Source: Minisyncoccota bacterium (lineage in GTDB: Archaea; Nanobdellota; Nanobdellia; Pacearchaeales; GW2011-AR1). Taken from it: a stretch of 64,000 nt of DNA. Positions 27,506 through 36,122 of this stretch are shown here, piece by piece. A program made the position numbers and the translations under genes. The notes below the pieces were generated by a model that saw only the letters and a program-made list of their open reading frames with translations, ran no database searches and had not been told where the DNA came from. The DNA lies in NCBI GenBank assembly GCA_035453125.1, contig DAOTCN010000002.1:289993-353992 (forward strand), in the 5' to 3' direction. How positions within the stretch are numbered: position 1 is the stretch's first letter; each line of letters begins with the position of its first letter.

Positions 27506-29854
27506 TTAAGCTACCAATAATCTTCTCTTTACCTCAATAAGAGCTTTCGTTGCAACCATTATTTTTGCAAGTGCTTTAACTCCGCCTGCTTTTTTTATCT
27601 CATTAATTTCAAAGATATTAGGATTTTCAAGTTCTTCAATTCCATTTTCTTTAAATTGTTTTGCTAATGCACCAACAACTTTAGATGTATCCGAAGGCAA
27701 AGACATTAACCAATTTTTATTTTTATAATTAAAAGCAAATACTCTTTCATCTCTTGTTTTTGGGTCAACTCCAAAGCCAACATTAGCTAAAAAATCAAAT
27801 AAATCACAATCATCAAGATTCAATAATTGTCTAAGCATCAATGCACCTTTTTCTCCACCAGGTAATACTTCAATTAGATGAACTCTTTCTTTAGGACTAA
27901 CCCACATCTCACGAAGTAAATCTATATTTTCAACTTTCAAAACCAAACTCTCAGCGAGCTTCCTTCTATATTCTTCAATAGTAACTGACTTTTCTTTTTT
28001 TGTATCTTCATCTCTCATTAAAATAAATGTTCCTTCATCTTTAATCTTAACTTCATAACCATAAACTTTAGCAATCTTTTGTTTTTCCTTATCTACACCA
28101 GGTTTAGACGGATTATCTCTTGGCTTTGAGATAAATTCTTTTCCAAATAAACGAGTAGCATTGGTGTAATCATAAATTCTAAACATGTACTTATCAAAAG
28201 ATTCGTCAATTCGTGTTCCTCTTCCGATCATTTGATAAAATGTTATTGGAGATGCAACATAAGCAAAGAAAACAACATTTTGTATACAAGGAATATCTAC
28301 ACCAGTAGAAAGTAAATCAACTGTAGTTGCAATAAAATGAGAATTTTTCATAGCCCTCATATTTGCTATTAATGCTTCATGGTTTTCATCAAAATCTGCC
28401 TCAAATGTTTTTGCAGTAAACTTAAATGCAAACTTTTCACAATTAGATAATTTTTTATCTTTATACAGATTATTTAATTCATTTGCAACATCTTCAGCAT
28501 GTTTATCATTTGCACAAAAGATTATTGTTTTTTGTTTTAATCCACCAGTCTTTTCAAATTGTTCCATTAAGTCCTTACACATAGCCTTTCTTCTTTCTGG
28601 CAAAATAATCTTTTTATCAAAACTCTCTTTAGCATAAATTTCTTTAAGGTCTTTTTCTGTAAGTTTCTTTCCTGTTTTTGCATCTGTAACTCCTTTCGCA
28701 AGAAGTTCATCTTTACTAAGCCATACTTCATCAATACATGCTTTTCTTCTAACAATTTCACAAGCAGCTAGATAACCATCTTCCCAGCCTTGAATGTAAG
28801 GATATTCGTAAACAGGTTCTCCAAAATATTTTAAATTATTAGCACTTATTTCTTCATCTCTATTCTTTGCATCTGATTTTTCTCCAACAATCTTCCTTGG
28901 AGTTGCAGTAAGTCCAATCTGAACAGCATCAGGATTATTTGTTAAAACAACACTCCACTTATTCCATGCACTTCTATGACATTCATCAATGATAATATGA
29001 CTAAATTCATTCTTTCGGTAATTATTCAAAAAGAAAGATTCGTCTCCTTCTTCATCTAAACCTAAAGACTGATAGGTAGCAACAACGATTCTCGCATTTT
29101 TTTGAGGATTATTTTTTGAAACCATTGCAGCATTATCTCCGAATATAGAAAACATACTTCCATATCCCTGCCTTTTCAATTCATTTCTATCACAAACAAA
29201 TAGGGCTTTTCTTAATTGTCCAGATTTTTCAAGTTTATGTAAAAGTTGAACTGCAATTCTGGTTTTTCCTGAACCTGTTGCAAGAGATAATAAAGCTCGG
29301 TTCCAACCTTTTTTTTGAGAAGCAATCTTTTCAAGAACCGCTCTTATTGCTGCATCTTGATAATATCTTCTTTCAGATTGTCCTCCTTGATATGGAATGA
29401 ATAAAGATTTGGAATAATCACTATCTAAAGAAAACCCTTTGCCTTTTTCATATAATTTTTTTAATTTCTCAGGTGTAGGAAAATTTTCAAGAGGTAATTC
29501 TTCTGTAATCTTACCAATAAATGAGTCATAGGCAACAAATAAATGTCCATTAGTAGCGAATACAAAAGGAACATTTAATCTCTTAGCATATTCTTTTGCT
29601 TGGTCTAAACCTAGTGTAGCATGTTCATCTTCTTTTTTTGCTTCAAGAATTGCAAGTGATAAGGGAGTATCTTCTTCATTAGAAGGGTAACATAAAACAT
29701 AATCAGTTCTTCCACCTTTTCTCTTAGTTCTGCCATTTATAATTTCAATTGTTCCAGCAGTTGTTTCTCTTCTGATTAAATCTTCATTCCATCCTACATT
29801 GTGTATCTTTGGGTCTATTAATTTTGCCCTGGTATCTGCTTCATTAAATGCCAT
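27506..29854 (-). CDS. hsdR: Type I restriction enzyme, R (helicase-nuclease) subunit, EcoEI-like C-terminus
   Basis: N-terminal EADTRAKLIDPKI, helicase motifs LATGSGKT, IIDECHR and LTATP, QMIGRGTR. Confidence 0.9.
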   Translation of the reverse strand: MAFNEADTRAKLIDPKIHNVGWNEDLIRRETTAGTIEIINGRTKRKGGRTDYVLCYPSNEEDTPLSLAILEAKKEDEHATLGLDQAKEYAKRLNVPFVFATNGHLFVAYDSFIGKITEELPLENFPTPEKLKKLYEKGKGFSLDSDYSKSLFIPYQGGQSERRYYQDAAIRAVLEKIASQKKGWNRALLSLATGSGKTRIAVQLLHKLEKSGQLRKALFVCDRNELKRQGYGSMFSIFGDNAAMVSKNNPQKNARIVVATYQSLGLDEEGDESFFLNNYRKNEFSHIIIDECHRSAWNKWSVVLTNNPDAVQIGLTATPRKIVGEKSDAKNRDEEISANNLKYFGEPVYEYPYIQGWEDGYLAACEIVRRKACIDEVWLSKDELLAKGVTDAKTGKKLTEKDLKEIYAKESFDKKIILPERRKAMCKDLMEQFEKTGGLKQKTIIFCANDKHAEDVANELNNLYKDKKLSNCEKFAFKFTAKTFEADFDENHEALIANMRAMKNSHFIATTVDLLSTGVDIPCIQNVVFFAYVASPITFYQMIGRGTRIDESFDKYMFRIYDYTNATRLFGKEFISKPRDNPSKPGVDKEKQKIAKVYGYEVKIKDEGTFILMRDEDTKKEKSVTIEEYRRKLAESLVLKVENIDLLREMWVSPKERVHLIEVLPGGEKGALMLRQLLNLDDCDLFDFLANVGFGVDPKTRDERVFAFNYKNKNWLMSLPSDTSKVVGALAKQFKENGIEELENPNIFEINEIKKAGGVKALAKIMVATKALIEVKRRLLVA

Positions 29855-29942
29855 ACAAAATAAAATACCCCCTTCCTTTTAACCCTTTCCAAATAAACTA
29901 CCCCCCTAAAAATATTATTATATTACCCTAGAAAACTCAAAA

Positions 29943-29964
29943 CAAATAAACAGATGTTTATTTG
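29943..29964. repeat. 9-bp-stem hairpin in the hsdR/secreted-gene divergent intergenic region
   Basis: caaataaac-agat-gtttatttg. Confidence 0.6.
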
Positions 29965-29987
29965 CAAATAATTAAGGGTTTTAGTTT

Positions 29988-30026
29988 TGTTAAAAAATAT
30001 GTTAAAACTTTTGTTAAAAAGTTAAT
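29988..30026. promoter_or_regulatory. Iteron-like direct repeats (TGTTAAAA x3 at 12-bp period, plus GTTAAT)
   Basis: tgttaaaa at 29988, 30000 and 30012; gttaat at 30021. Function not established. Confidence 0.3.
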
Positions 30027-30164
30027 GCTTTGGTTTGTAAGTTGTTGAAGGATTAAGTTTTTATTTATTTTGAGTAATTAAAATAAAACATATTGTATAA
30101 TACCATAATTCTTTAAAAAGTGTCATTAATAGGTAATTCTAGTTATAAGAGTGATAGGATATGG

Positions 30165-31724
30165 ATGCAAAGAAAAAATTGGTTATGTTTGATGTTAGTA
30201 TTCTTGGTTAGTTTTTCTTATATTTCTTTGGTTAATGGTGCAGTAATTTTTCAAGATGATTTTGAATACGGATTAGGAAATTGGGAAACTTTTAATGCTT
30301 CTCTTCCTAATAGTGATGTTGGGTTAACAGATTCTACACCACCAAACTTTGGATGGCCTTTTTCAGTTAACTCTCCTTCATGTCCTGGAAGTTTTAGTGC
30401 ATGTAATGGTCCTAACAATCATTATGTTTATTTTCATAGAAACGGAGATAATACTCCTTGGTTATATATGAATTTTTCAACAAAAGGTTATACAAATGTT
30501 AAGATTAAATATTTAGAACAAACACATATTAATTTTATGCCCTTTGGTTCTGATTTAGAGTGTCTTGACAGTCCTCTTTTAATGTATAGATTTGGGAATA
30601 ATGAGTCTTGGAGAGTGTTTTTAGGCTCGGAGATAATTCTAACAAGTTGTGTAATTCCCGGCCTTAATGACTTTGCATGGAAACAAATTGGACCTTATTG
30701 GAGTCCTCTAGATGAAATAGGTAATCATGATGAAGTTCAACTTGCTTTTAAATTTTCTTCTAATGACGGTGGACTTTTAGATAGTGGAGATGATTTTTTT
30801 ATTGATGATTTTCAATTATTGGGTGATCCAATAAGTTGTTCATTAAATTCAGATTGTGGAACTAATGGATATGTTGGAAACTCATTTTGCTCAACTAAAA
30901 ATGTTGTTAGAAATTATACTTCATTTACTTGTAATAATCCCGGAACTGAAGGTTCTTATTGCTCTAATTCTGTATCACAACAAATTATATCTATATGTTC
31001 TGATTATTGTTTGAGTGGTGCTTGTGGAACATTTATTTGTCATAATAATTCAGAATGTAATGATAACAATTCTTCAACTGAAGATATTTGTATAAATCCT
31101 AATACTTTGAGTTCCTTTTGCCAACATAATGTTGCATCAATAATAAACTGTTCTGTAAATACTGACTGTGGTGTTAATGGATTTAGTAGTTCTCTTTTTT
31201 GTATAGGAAATAACATAAAACAAAATTATACTTCATTTACTTGTAATAATCCTGGAACTACAAATTCTTATTGTTCTAATTCTACAAGTGTAAACCAAAA
31301 TAATACTTGTGCAGATACTTGTTCAAATGGGCAGTGTTTTTCATTTATTTGTCATAATAATTCAGAATGTAATGATAACAATTCTTCAACTGAAGATATT
31401 TGTATAAATCCTAATACTATTAATTCAATTTGTGCCCACAATATTATACCTCCTTGTCAAGATGATGATGGAGATAGTGTTTGTAACATAAATGATTTAT
31501 GCCCAAATACTCCTTCAAATGAAGATGTTGATTTAGTTGGTTGTTCTTTAATGCAATTTTGTGAAAAACAGCCTATTTGTGGTATAGGTTGTAATTTAGC
31601 GGACTGGAAAAACAATGAACAAAGTGCTCTTAATCCTCATGATTGTATAACTGTTCTTGTTGCAAAAGAAGGAAAGTATTATCCAAAATGTGCTTCGTAT
31701 GTTGGAGCAACTTGTGGAAATTAA
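30165..31724 (+). CDS. Secreted Cys-rich protein: N-terminal beta-sandwich (MAM/lectin-like) domain, duplicated 104-aa Cys-rich module, TSP3-like Asp-rich segment
   Basis: Signal peptide MQRKNWLCLMLVFLVSFSYISLVNG. The internal duplication is visible at DNA level (31030-31106 = 31342-31418). Asp-rich segment CQDDDGDSVCNINDLCPNTPSNEDVD. Confidence 0.6.
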   Translation: MQRKNWLCLMLVFLVSFSYISLVNGAVIFQDDFEYGLGNWETFNASLPNSDVGLTDSTPPNFGWPFSVNSPSCPGSFSACNGPNNHYVYFHRNGDNTPWLYMNFSTKGYTNVKIKYLEQTHINFMPFGSDLECLDSPLLMYRFGNNESWRVFLGSEIILTSCVIPGLNDFAWKQIGPYWSPLDEIGNHDEVQLAFKFSSNDGGLLDSGDDFFIDDFQLLGDPISCSLNSDCGTNGYVGNSFCSTKNVVRNYTSFTCNNPGTEGSYCSNSVSQQIISICSDYCLSGACGTFICHNNSECNDNNSSTEDICINPNTLSSFCQHNVASIINCSVNTDCGVNGFSSSLFCIGNNIKQNYTSFTCNNPGTTNSYCSNSTSVNQNNTCADTCSNGQCFSFICHNNSECNDNNSSTEDICINPNTINSICAHNIIPPCQDDDGDSVCNINDLCPNTPSNEDVDLVGCSLMQFCEKQPICGIGCNLADWKNNEQSALNPHDCITVLVAKEGKYYPKCASYVGATCGN

Positions 31725-31872
31725 ACCTGTTCACAAATTGTTATTCATTCTTTTAGTTAAAAAAACATAGTAAACCTTGTGTTTAGAATTTACCCAATTT
31801 AGAAACATTCTTATACATTTGATGGGTATAATCTAATATGGTAAAAGACAATGAAAGAAAGAGTATAATAAA

Positions 31873-32499
31873 ATGAAAAAGAGTATTAAGATAATTATTA
31901 TTACAATAGTAGTAATTAGTTTGTTATTGTTAGTTGGTTTCATTATTATGAATAATCAATTTGCCTATAATAATTCAATCATTAGTATAAAAATAGGAAA
32001 TGAAACAATAGCAACTAATATTAATATAATTTCGTTAGGAGAAATAAAGATTGCCTACTGTAATACTAATCAAGATAGTTATGAATGTTTTTTTGAAGGT
32101 GTTGTTAAAGTTACTCCAAAAGTAAGTAAAAAGTTTGCAGAAATAACTTCACAACTTGAAGTAGATTATCAGAATCCTTCATACTTTGATTCAAAAGGAA
32201 ATCCAGTATTTATACTTACTGAACCTCAACTTTATGATTCAGAAGGAAAACCTGTTTATATAACTCCTCAGGTAGATTATAGTAAATACAAAAAAGAATT
32301 TCATTTAAGTGAGGCTTTACATTTCTATTTAGATAATGAACCACTTAGTTCCCAATTCATTCCAGAAAATATGAAGAATACTGAACAAAGTTCTTTTATT
32401 TTTTTTGGGAGTAGTGTTGCAAAAACTAGAGATGAAGCAATTAATTTAATACAAGTAAAAGTGGATAGATTAAAACATATTCATATTGGAGAAGTTTGA
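31873..32499 (+). CDS. Membrane-anchored/secreted hypothetical protein
   Basis: N-terminal TM segment KIIIITIVVISLLLLVGFIIM. Confidence 0.45.
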   Translation: MKKSIKIIIITIVVISLLLLVGFIIMNNQFAYNNSIISIKIGNETIATNINIISLGEIKIAYCNTNQDSYECFFEGVVKVTPKVSKKFAEITSQLEVDYQNPSYFDSKGNPVFILTEPQLYDSEGKPVYITPQVDYSKYKKEFHLSEALHFYLDNEPLSSQFIPENMKNTEQSSFIFFGSSVAKTRDEAINLIQVKVDRLKHIHIGEV

Positions 32500-32511
32500 T
32501 ATTAAATTAAA

Positions 32512-32904
32512 ATGAAACAAAAAAATAATACTCTTATGTTACCTATTTTTATTGTTCTTATTGTTATTGCTCTTGCTTTATGTTTGCTTGTAGTAAATAA
32601 CTTATTCTTGGCAAGAAGTACACAAATCACTGCACAAATAATCAATACTGAAAAGCCAGAATGTGGAGATGCTGTTGCAGAATGTTATCTTAGCTGTTTA
32701 AAAAAATTAACAATCAATTCAGCAAAAGAATGCATTGCAAAAAAATGTAGGGAAGAACAAATCAAATATTGTTCTATTCAAGATGCCCTAAATTCAAGGT
32801 TTATGAATACAAAAATGTGTGAAAGGTCGTGTAGTCCTGAATGTAAATATGATTGTTTAGATAATAAAAATGAATTAACTTGCCTTAGGAATTGTGTCGT
32901 ATAA
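32512..32904 (+). CDS. Small membrane-anchored Cys-rich protein
   Basis: TM segment LPIFIVLIVIALALCLLVV followed by 12 Cys in about 85 aa. Confidence 0.45.
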   Translation: MKQKNNTLMLPIFIVLIVIALALCLLVVNNLFLARSTQITAQIINTEKPECGDAVAECYLSCLKKLTINSAKECIAKKCREEQIKYCSIQDALNSRFMNTKMCERSCSPECKYDCLDNKNELTCLRNCVV

Positions 32905-32908
32905 TAAG

Positions 32909-33175
32909 ATGAACACTAAAATAATCCTTATGGTTTTTATTGCACTTCTCTTAGTCTTTGACACAATAGCATTAAGCGTGGTAGCTCTACAAGTAAAACC
33001 AACACTAACCACAACCCAAACAACCACACAACCTATTCAAGAAACATTATCTACAAGTCAACAGAAGGTCAAGATTGTGCAGGAAACGAGTGAGGAAGTC
33101 TTAGAACCTACTAAAGAAAAACTAAGTGATACAGCTGTTGTAACCTTAAGTGTTAATGTTCTAAAAAGGAAGTAG
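32909..33175 (+). CDS. Small membrane-anchored Thr/Gln-rich protein
   Basis: MNTKIILMVFIALLLVF TM segment followed by a TTTQTTTQP linker. ATG 32909 is preferred over GTG 32894. Confidence 0.4.
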   Translation: MNTKIILMVFIALLLVFDTIALSVVALQVKPTLTTTQTTTQPIQETLSTSQQKVKIVQETSEEVLEPTKEKLSDTAVVTLSVNVLKRK

Positions 33176-33213
33176 TGCTATACATTTAAATAAAAGTTAA
33201 GACTTATGCTTTT

Positions 33214-34104
33214 ATGAAAAGTGGGTTGATAGTATTAGTTTTAGGTGTGTTCTTAATGGTTTTTATGATTGGAAGTGTGAGTGCAAATTATTGTTTTGAT
33301 GAAAAAGAAAATGAAGTACATTTTCATGGTACAATTCCAAATATAGTTAGTAATAATCTTAATATTCAAAGCATTTCTACCATTACTGTGTGTAACAGAA
33401 ACCTTAACTTAATATTTATTCCAACTTTTTCTGAATATATAAGTGCAAAGAGTTCTAGTAATCATGAAATTTATTTAAATCATGATTTACAAATTGACTA
33501 TAATGGAAAATATTTCAGAGGTTACTTTACAGGATTTTCATCATATAGACAAATGAATAATTTAGATGAATATTTTATAAGAATTTATCCTGTTTTGTAT
33601 AGTTATGATAACGTCACATGGTATAGTATTGAAGAAAGTTATGATAAAATTGAAGGATATATTAACATTATTCTTTATGTAAATAGTTCTTCTAATGAAA
33701 TAATAATGGGTAATTCTAGAATTGAGGATTTTATAACAGTTATTAAGGGGAATAATCAAGAACAGCGTCTCACAGCACTTGAATCATTTCAACAAACACT
33801 TAACAATACAATAACCTCCTTTCAAACAACTATCACAACAATTCTAACAACATTAAACACACTTACAACAAAAGTAGATAATCAAGAAACAAGATTAACA
33901 GCTCTTGAAAATAAACCAATTCCAACAGATAATTCAATTATACCTAATTACTTCAAATATCTAAGTCAAACTGATAGGAAATCAATGTTATGTGGTTATG
34001 CAGAAGATAGTCATTTAACAACTATTACAGACCTTGGAATGAATTGTAATTTAACTTATACTCCTTACTCAAGAGGAGAAAGGGTTTCTTGTAAGTGTAA
34101 GTAA
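33214..34104 (+). CDS. Secreted protein with a coiled-coil stalk (repeated QE(Q/T)RLTALE motif) and a Cys-containing C-terminus; possible spike/fibre-like protein
   Basis: Signal LIVLVLGVFLMVFMIGSVSA. NQEQRLTALESFQQTLNNTITSFQTTITTILTTLNTLTTKVDNQETRLTALENK. It is the last gene before attR. Confidence 0.45.
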   Translation: MKSGLIVLVLGVFLMVFMIGSVSANYCFDEKENEVHFHGTIPNIVSNNLNIQSISTITVCNRNLNLIFIPTFSEYISAKSSSNHEIYLNHDLQIDYNGKYFRGYFTGFSSYRQMNNLDEYFIRIYPVLYSYDNVTWYSIEESYDKIEGYINIILYVNSSSNEIIMGNSRIEDFITVIKGNNQEQRLTALESFQQTLNNTITSFQTTITTILTTLNTLTTKVDNQETRLTALENKPIPTDNSIIPNYFKYLSQTDRKSMLCGYAEDSHLTTITDLGMNCNLTYTPYSRGERVSCKCK

Positions 34105-34156
34105 AATTAGTTTTTGTTTTAGATAATATTCCTCTTTCTGTGTTTTTCTAACCTTC

Positions 34157-34177
34157 TTCAAATCTCGGTCCGGGCGT
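34157..34177 (+). repeat. attR core (21/21 copy of the tRNA-Asp 3' end)
   Basis: ttcaaatctcggtccgggcgt is identical to 18021-18041. Confidence 0.85.
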
Positions 34178-34182
34178 AATTT

Positions 34183-34199
34183 TCTTATCGACGATAAGA
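34183..34199. repeat. Perfect palindrome tcttatcg-a-cgataaga immediately after attR
   Basis: 8-bp arms read directly from the sequence. Confidence 0.8.
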
Positions 34200-34212
34200 G
34201 TTTTGTGATTTT

Positions 34213-34254
34213 TCCGGGCGTTGAACCATATTTTTTGTTGTTTTAGTTCAACGC
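34213..34254. repeat. Second att-core remnant (tccgggcgtt, 10/10) overlapping a 9-bp-stem hairpin (gcgttgaac / gttcaacgc)
   Basis: 34213-34222 matches 18033-18042. The stems lie at 34218-34226 and 34246-34254. Confidence 0.6.
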
Positions 34255-34271
34255 TGGGGTTGGGAGTTAAA

Positions 34272-35021
34272 CTATCTTTTTGCTATTTTCCAAAGAACTT
34301 CAAAATACTTTTTAAATGAATCAAAAACAGGCTTACTTTCAATTAAAATAGCTAAAGGATTGGTTGGTTCTAAGATAAAGATAAGAACTTTATTAGTATA
34401 TATCTCTGTGCTTGTTGGCATTTCCATCTCTTTTGGTAAAAACCTAAATTCAGTATGAGCTAAATGCTTTCTTTTTTTATAAAGAGAAATATACTTTTCA
34501 TTTAATAAATGCTTATGTACAATTCCTTTTTTTGCTCTTTCTTCATGTTTTTTATTAAAATAAACTTCCCAAGATTCTGGTTGTTCTGTCAAACCCATTG
34601 AGAGCCATTCTTCCCCTCTTTTTAAGCTATTAAGAATATCATCCTCTACTGTTTTCAATCCTTCCCAACCAGTATAGATTTTAACTTCAGACTTTGGAGC
34701 TTGTTTTTGTTTTAAAATAAGTTGTGGAATTATTTTAATTATATCTTTTTTTTCATAATCTATTTGCTGTTTTTTTTCATCTAGATAATTAAGTATTCTT
34801 TCAGGACTTGCTGCTTCAAAGTATTTAACATTATTCTTAATTGTTAAATTAACTAAACCTTTGTCTATTAATCTATTAAGAACTTCATATACTTTTGAGC
34901 CAGATATTTTAGATTTTTTAGTTATATTCCATGTTGTTGAGGAACCTAATTCCAGCAAAGCAAAATATATTTTGATTTCCCCATCTGTTAAGCCAATAGT
35001 CTTTAATGTTTGGTTTATCAT
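34272..35021 (-). CDS. TrmB-family transcriptional regulator
   Basis: N-terminal LKTIGLTDGEIKIYFALLELGSSTTWNITKKSKISGSKVYEVLNRLIDKGLV and a C-terminal effector-like domain. Confidence 0.75.
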   Translation of the reverse strand: MINQTLKTIGLTDGEIKIYFALLELGSSTTWNITKKSKISGSKVYEVLNRLIDKGLVNLTIKNNVKYFEAASPERILNYLDEKKQQIDYEKKDIIKIIPQLILKQKQAPKSEVKIYTGWEGLKTVEDDILNSLKRGEEWLSMGLTEQPESWEVYFNKKHEERAKKGIVHKHLLNEKYISLYKKRKHLAHTEFRFLPKEMEMPTSTEIYTNKVLIFILEPTNPLAILIESKPVFDSFKKYFEVLWKIAKR

Positions 35022-35064
35022 ATCGTATAAGGGGGGGAATAATGTTTATAAACATTTAGTTTTA

Positions 35065-35517
35065 ATGGCTTTTATGACAAGAGAAGAAAATGAAACCATA
35101 AAAGAAGAATACTCGCTTAGAGGACAACCAGTGATAAATCTATTTAATCATAATTGGAATCCTGAAGTAGATGGTAAGCTTAAAGCATTTGTAAGATTAG
35201 GGTATGACTCTTTCTCAAAAGACCCTTTTTTCTTTCCAAATTTAGCAAGTTTTGATTCTTTACATCTTGTAAAAGAACGGTCGGAATCTTGTGGTAGATA
35301 CGGAAGTGGAACATATGGAAATGACACAGACTTAGTCTTATGTGGGGGTTCATTAGTATACATTAGTTATGATAGTATTAATCCAGATTTTAACATTCCC
35401 ATAGAAAATTCAACATGTAGAATACTTCTTTTTGCTGAAAATGGTTCTAATGCAGTAATTACGAGAGGAAGATTAGAGGAAATTTGTGGGCAAAGTTTAG
35501 AAACGAGGAAAAAATAA
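35065..35517 (+). CDS. Hypothetical protein (150 aa), first gene of a coupled pair
   Basis: ATG 35065 was chosen because the track ORF start at 34861 runs antisense through the TrmB gene. No recognisable motif. Confidence 0.45.
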   Translation: MAFMTREENETIKEEYSLRGQPVINLFNHNWNPEVDGKLKAFVRLGYDSFSKDPFFFPNLASFDSLHLVKERSESCGRYGSGTYGNDTDLVLCGGSLVYISYDSINPDFNIPIENSTCRILLFAENGSNAVITRGRLEEICGQSLETRKK

Positions 35518-36117
35518 ATGACAATACCAACAAGTGAATGGAAAACAATTGGAAGACCTGGATGGTTTGGAGAAGATAGAGACAGAGTCCTTGCTGAATA
35601 TGATAAAAAATATGGAAAAGGAAATTGGAGAATAAGACATAAATTAGGACCAAGAACTTTAGATTTTAATCAAGCAGTGCAACTTTATGAATTATCTTAT
35701 GAATTAGATTTTAATCATCCTGACAGAAGATATATTTGGAATGATTTAATAAAAAGAGCAAGAGATGTTTGGACAGAACAATTAACAGATATAGACTCTG
35801 GAACTGACTACTCTATTCAGTTAGCTCCTGCTGCACATTATGAAGATATTGCTATAAGAAGAATTTTAGATAAATATGGTTTAAAATTTGAAGGACAAGA
35901 ATTAGTTAGAATAAGGGCAGATAGTGAAGATTTAGCAGGAAAAGTACTAAGTTCAATACATATTCCTTTTATTTATCCAGATTATATTGAGGGTTCATTG
36001 GATGATTCAATGCCTTGGTGGGACAGACATAAAGGTTCTTTAGAGTGTTTTTGGCATTTAAATAAAATTTTACAAGTAAGACCAGTATATAATGAACATT
36101 TTAATAATCGGTTTTAA
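35518..36117 (+). CDS. Hypothetical protein (199 aa, W/R/D-rich), translationally coupled to the upstream ORF
   Basis: The ATG directly abuts the upstream TAA (35515-35517). No recognisable motif. Confidence 0.5.
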   Translation: MTIPTSEWKTIGRPGWFGEDRDRVLAEYDKKYGKGNWRIRHKLGPRTLDFNQAVQLYELSYELDFNHPDRRYIWNDLIKRARDVWTEQLTDIDSGTDYSIQLAPAAHYEDIAIRRILDKYGLKFEGQELVRIRADSEDLAGKVLSSIHIPFIYPDYIEGSLDDSMPWWDRHKGSLECFWHLNKILQVRPVYNEHFNNRF

Positions 36118-36122
36118 AATAA

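Larger units (their letters stand above)
18021..34177. mobile_element. About 16.1-kb integrative element (integrated plasmid or provirus) inserted in the 3' end of tRNA-Asp
   Basis: The perfect 21-bp direct repeat ttcaaatctcggtccgggcgt occurs at 18021-18041 and 34157-34177. An intact tyrosine integrase begins 48 nt after the tRNA. Cargo is a Rep-like ATPase, a serine recombinase, type I R-M and secreted proteins. Confidence 0.85.

Noticed and set aside
34861-35064. N-terminal 68 codons of the tracked 218-aa ORF
   Set aside because: This part runs antisense through the 5' end of the TrmB-like gene. The ATG at 35065, just after the divergent intergenic spacer, is a more credible start.
35148-35653. 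Minus-strand ORFs 35148-35363 and 35459-35653
   Set aside because: They are antisense to the coupled plus-strand pair and have no start context or motifs. Because the plus-strand genes are themselves orphans, this rejection carries moderate confidence only.
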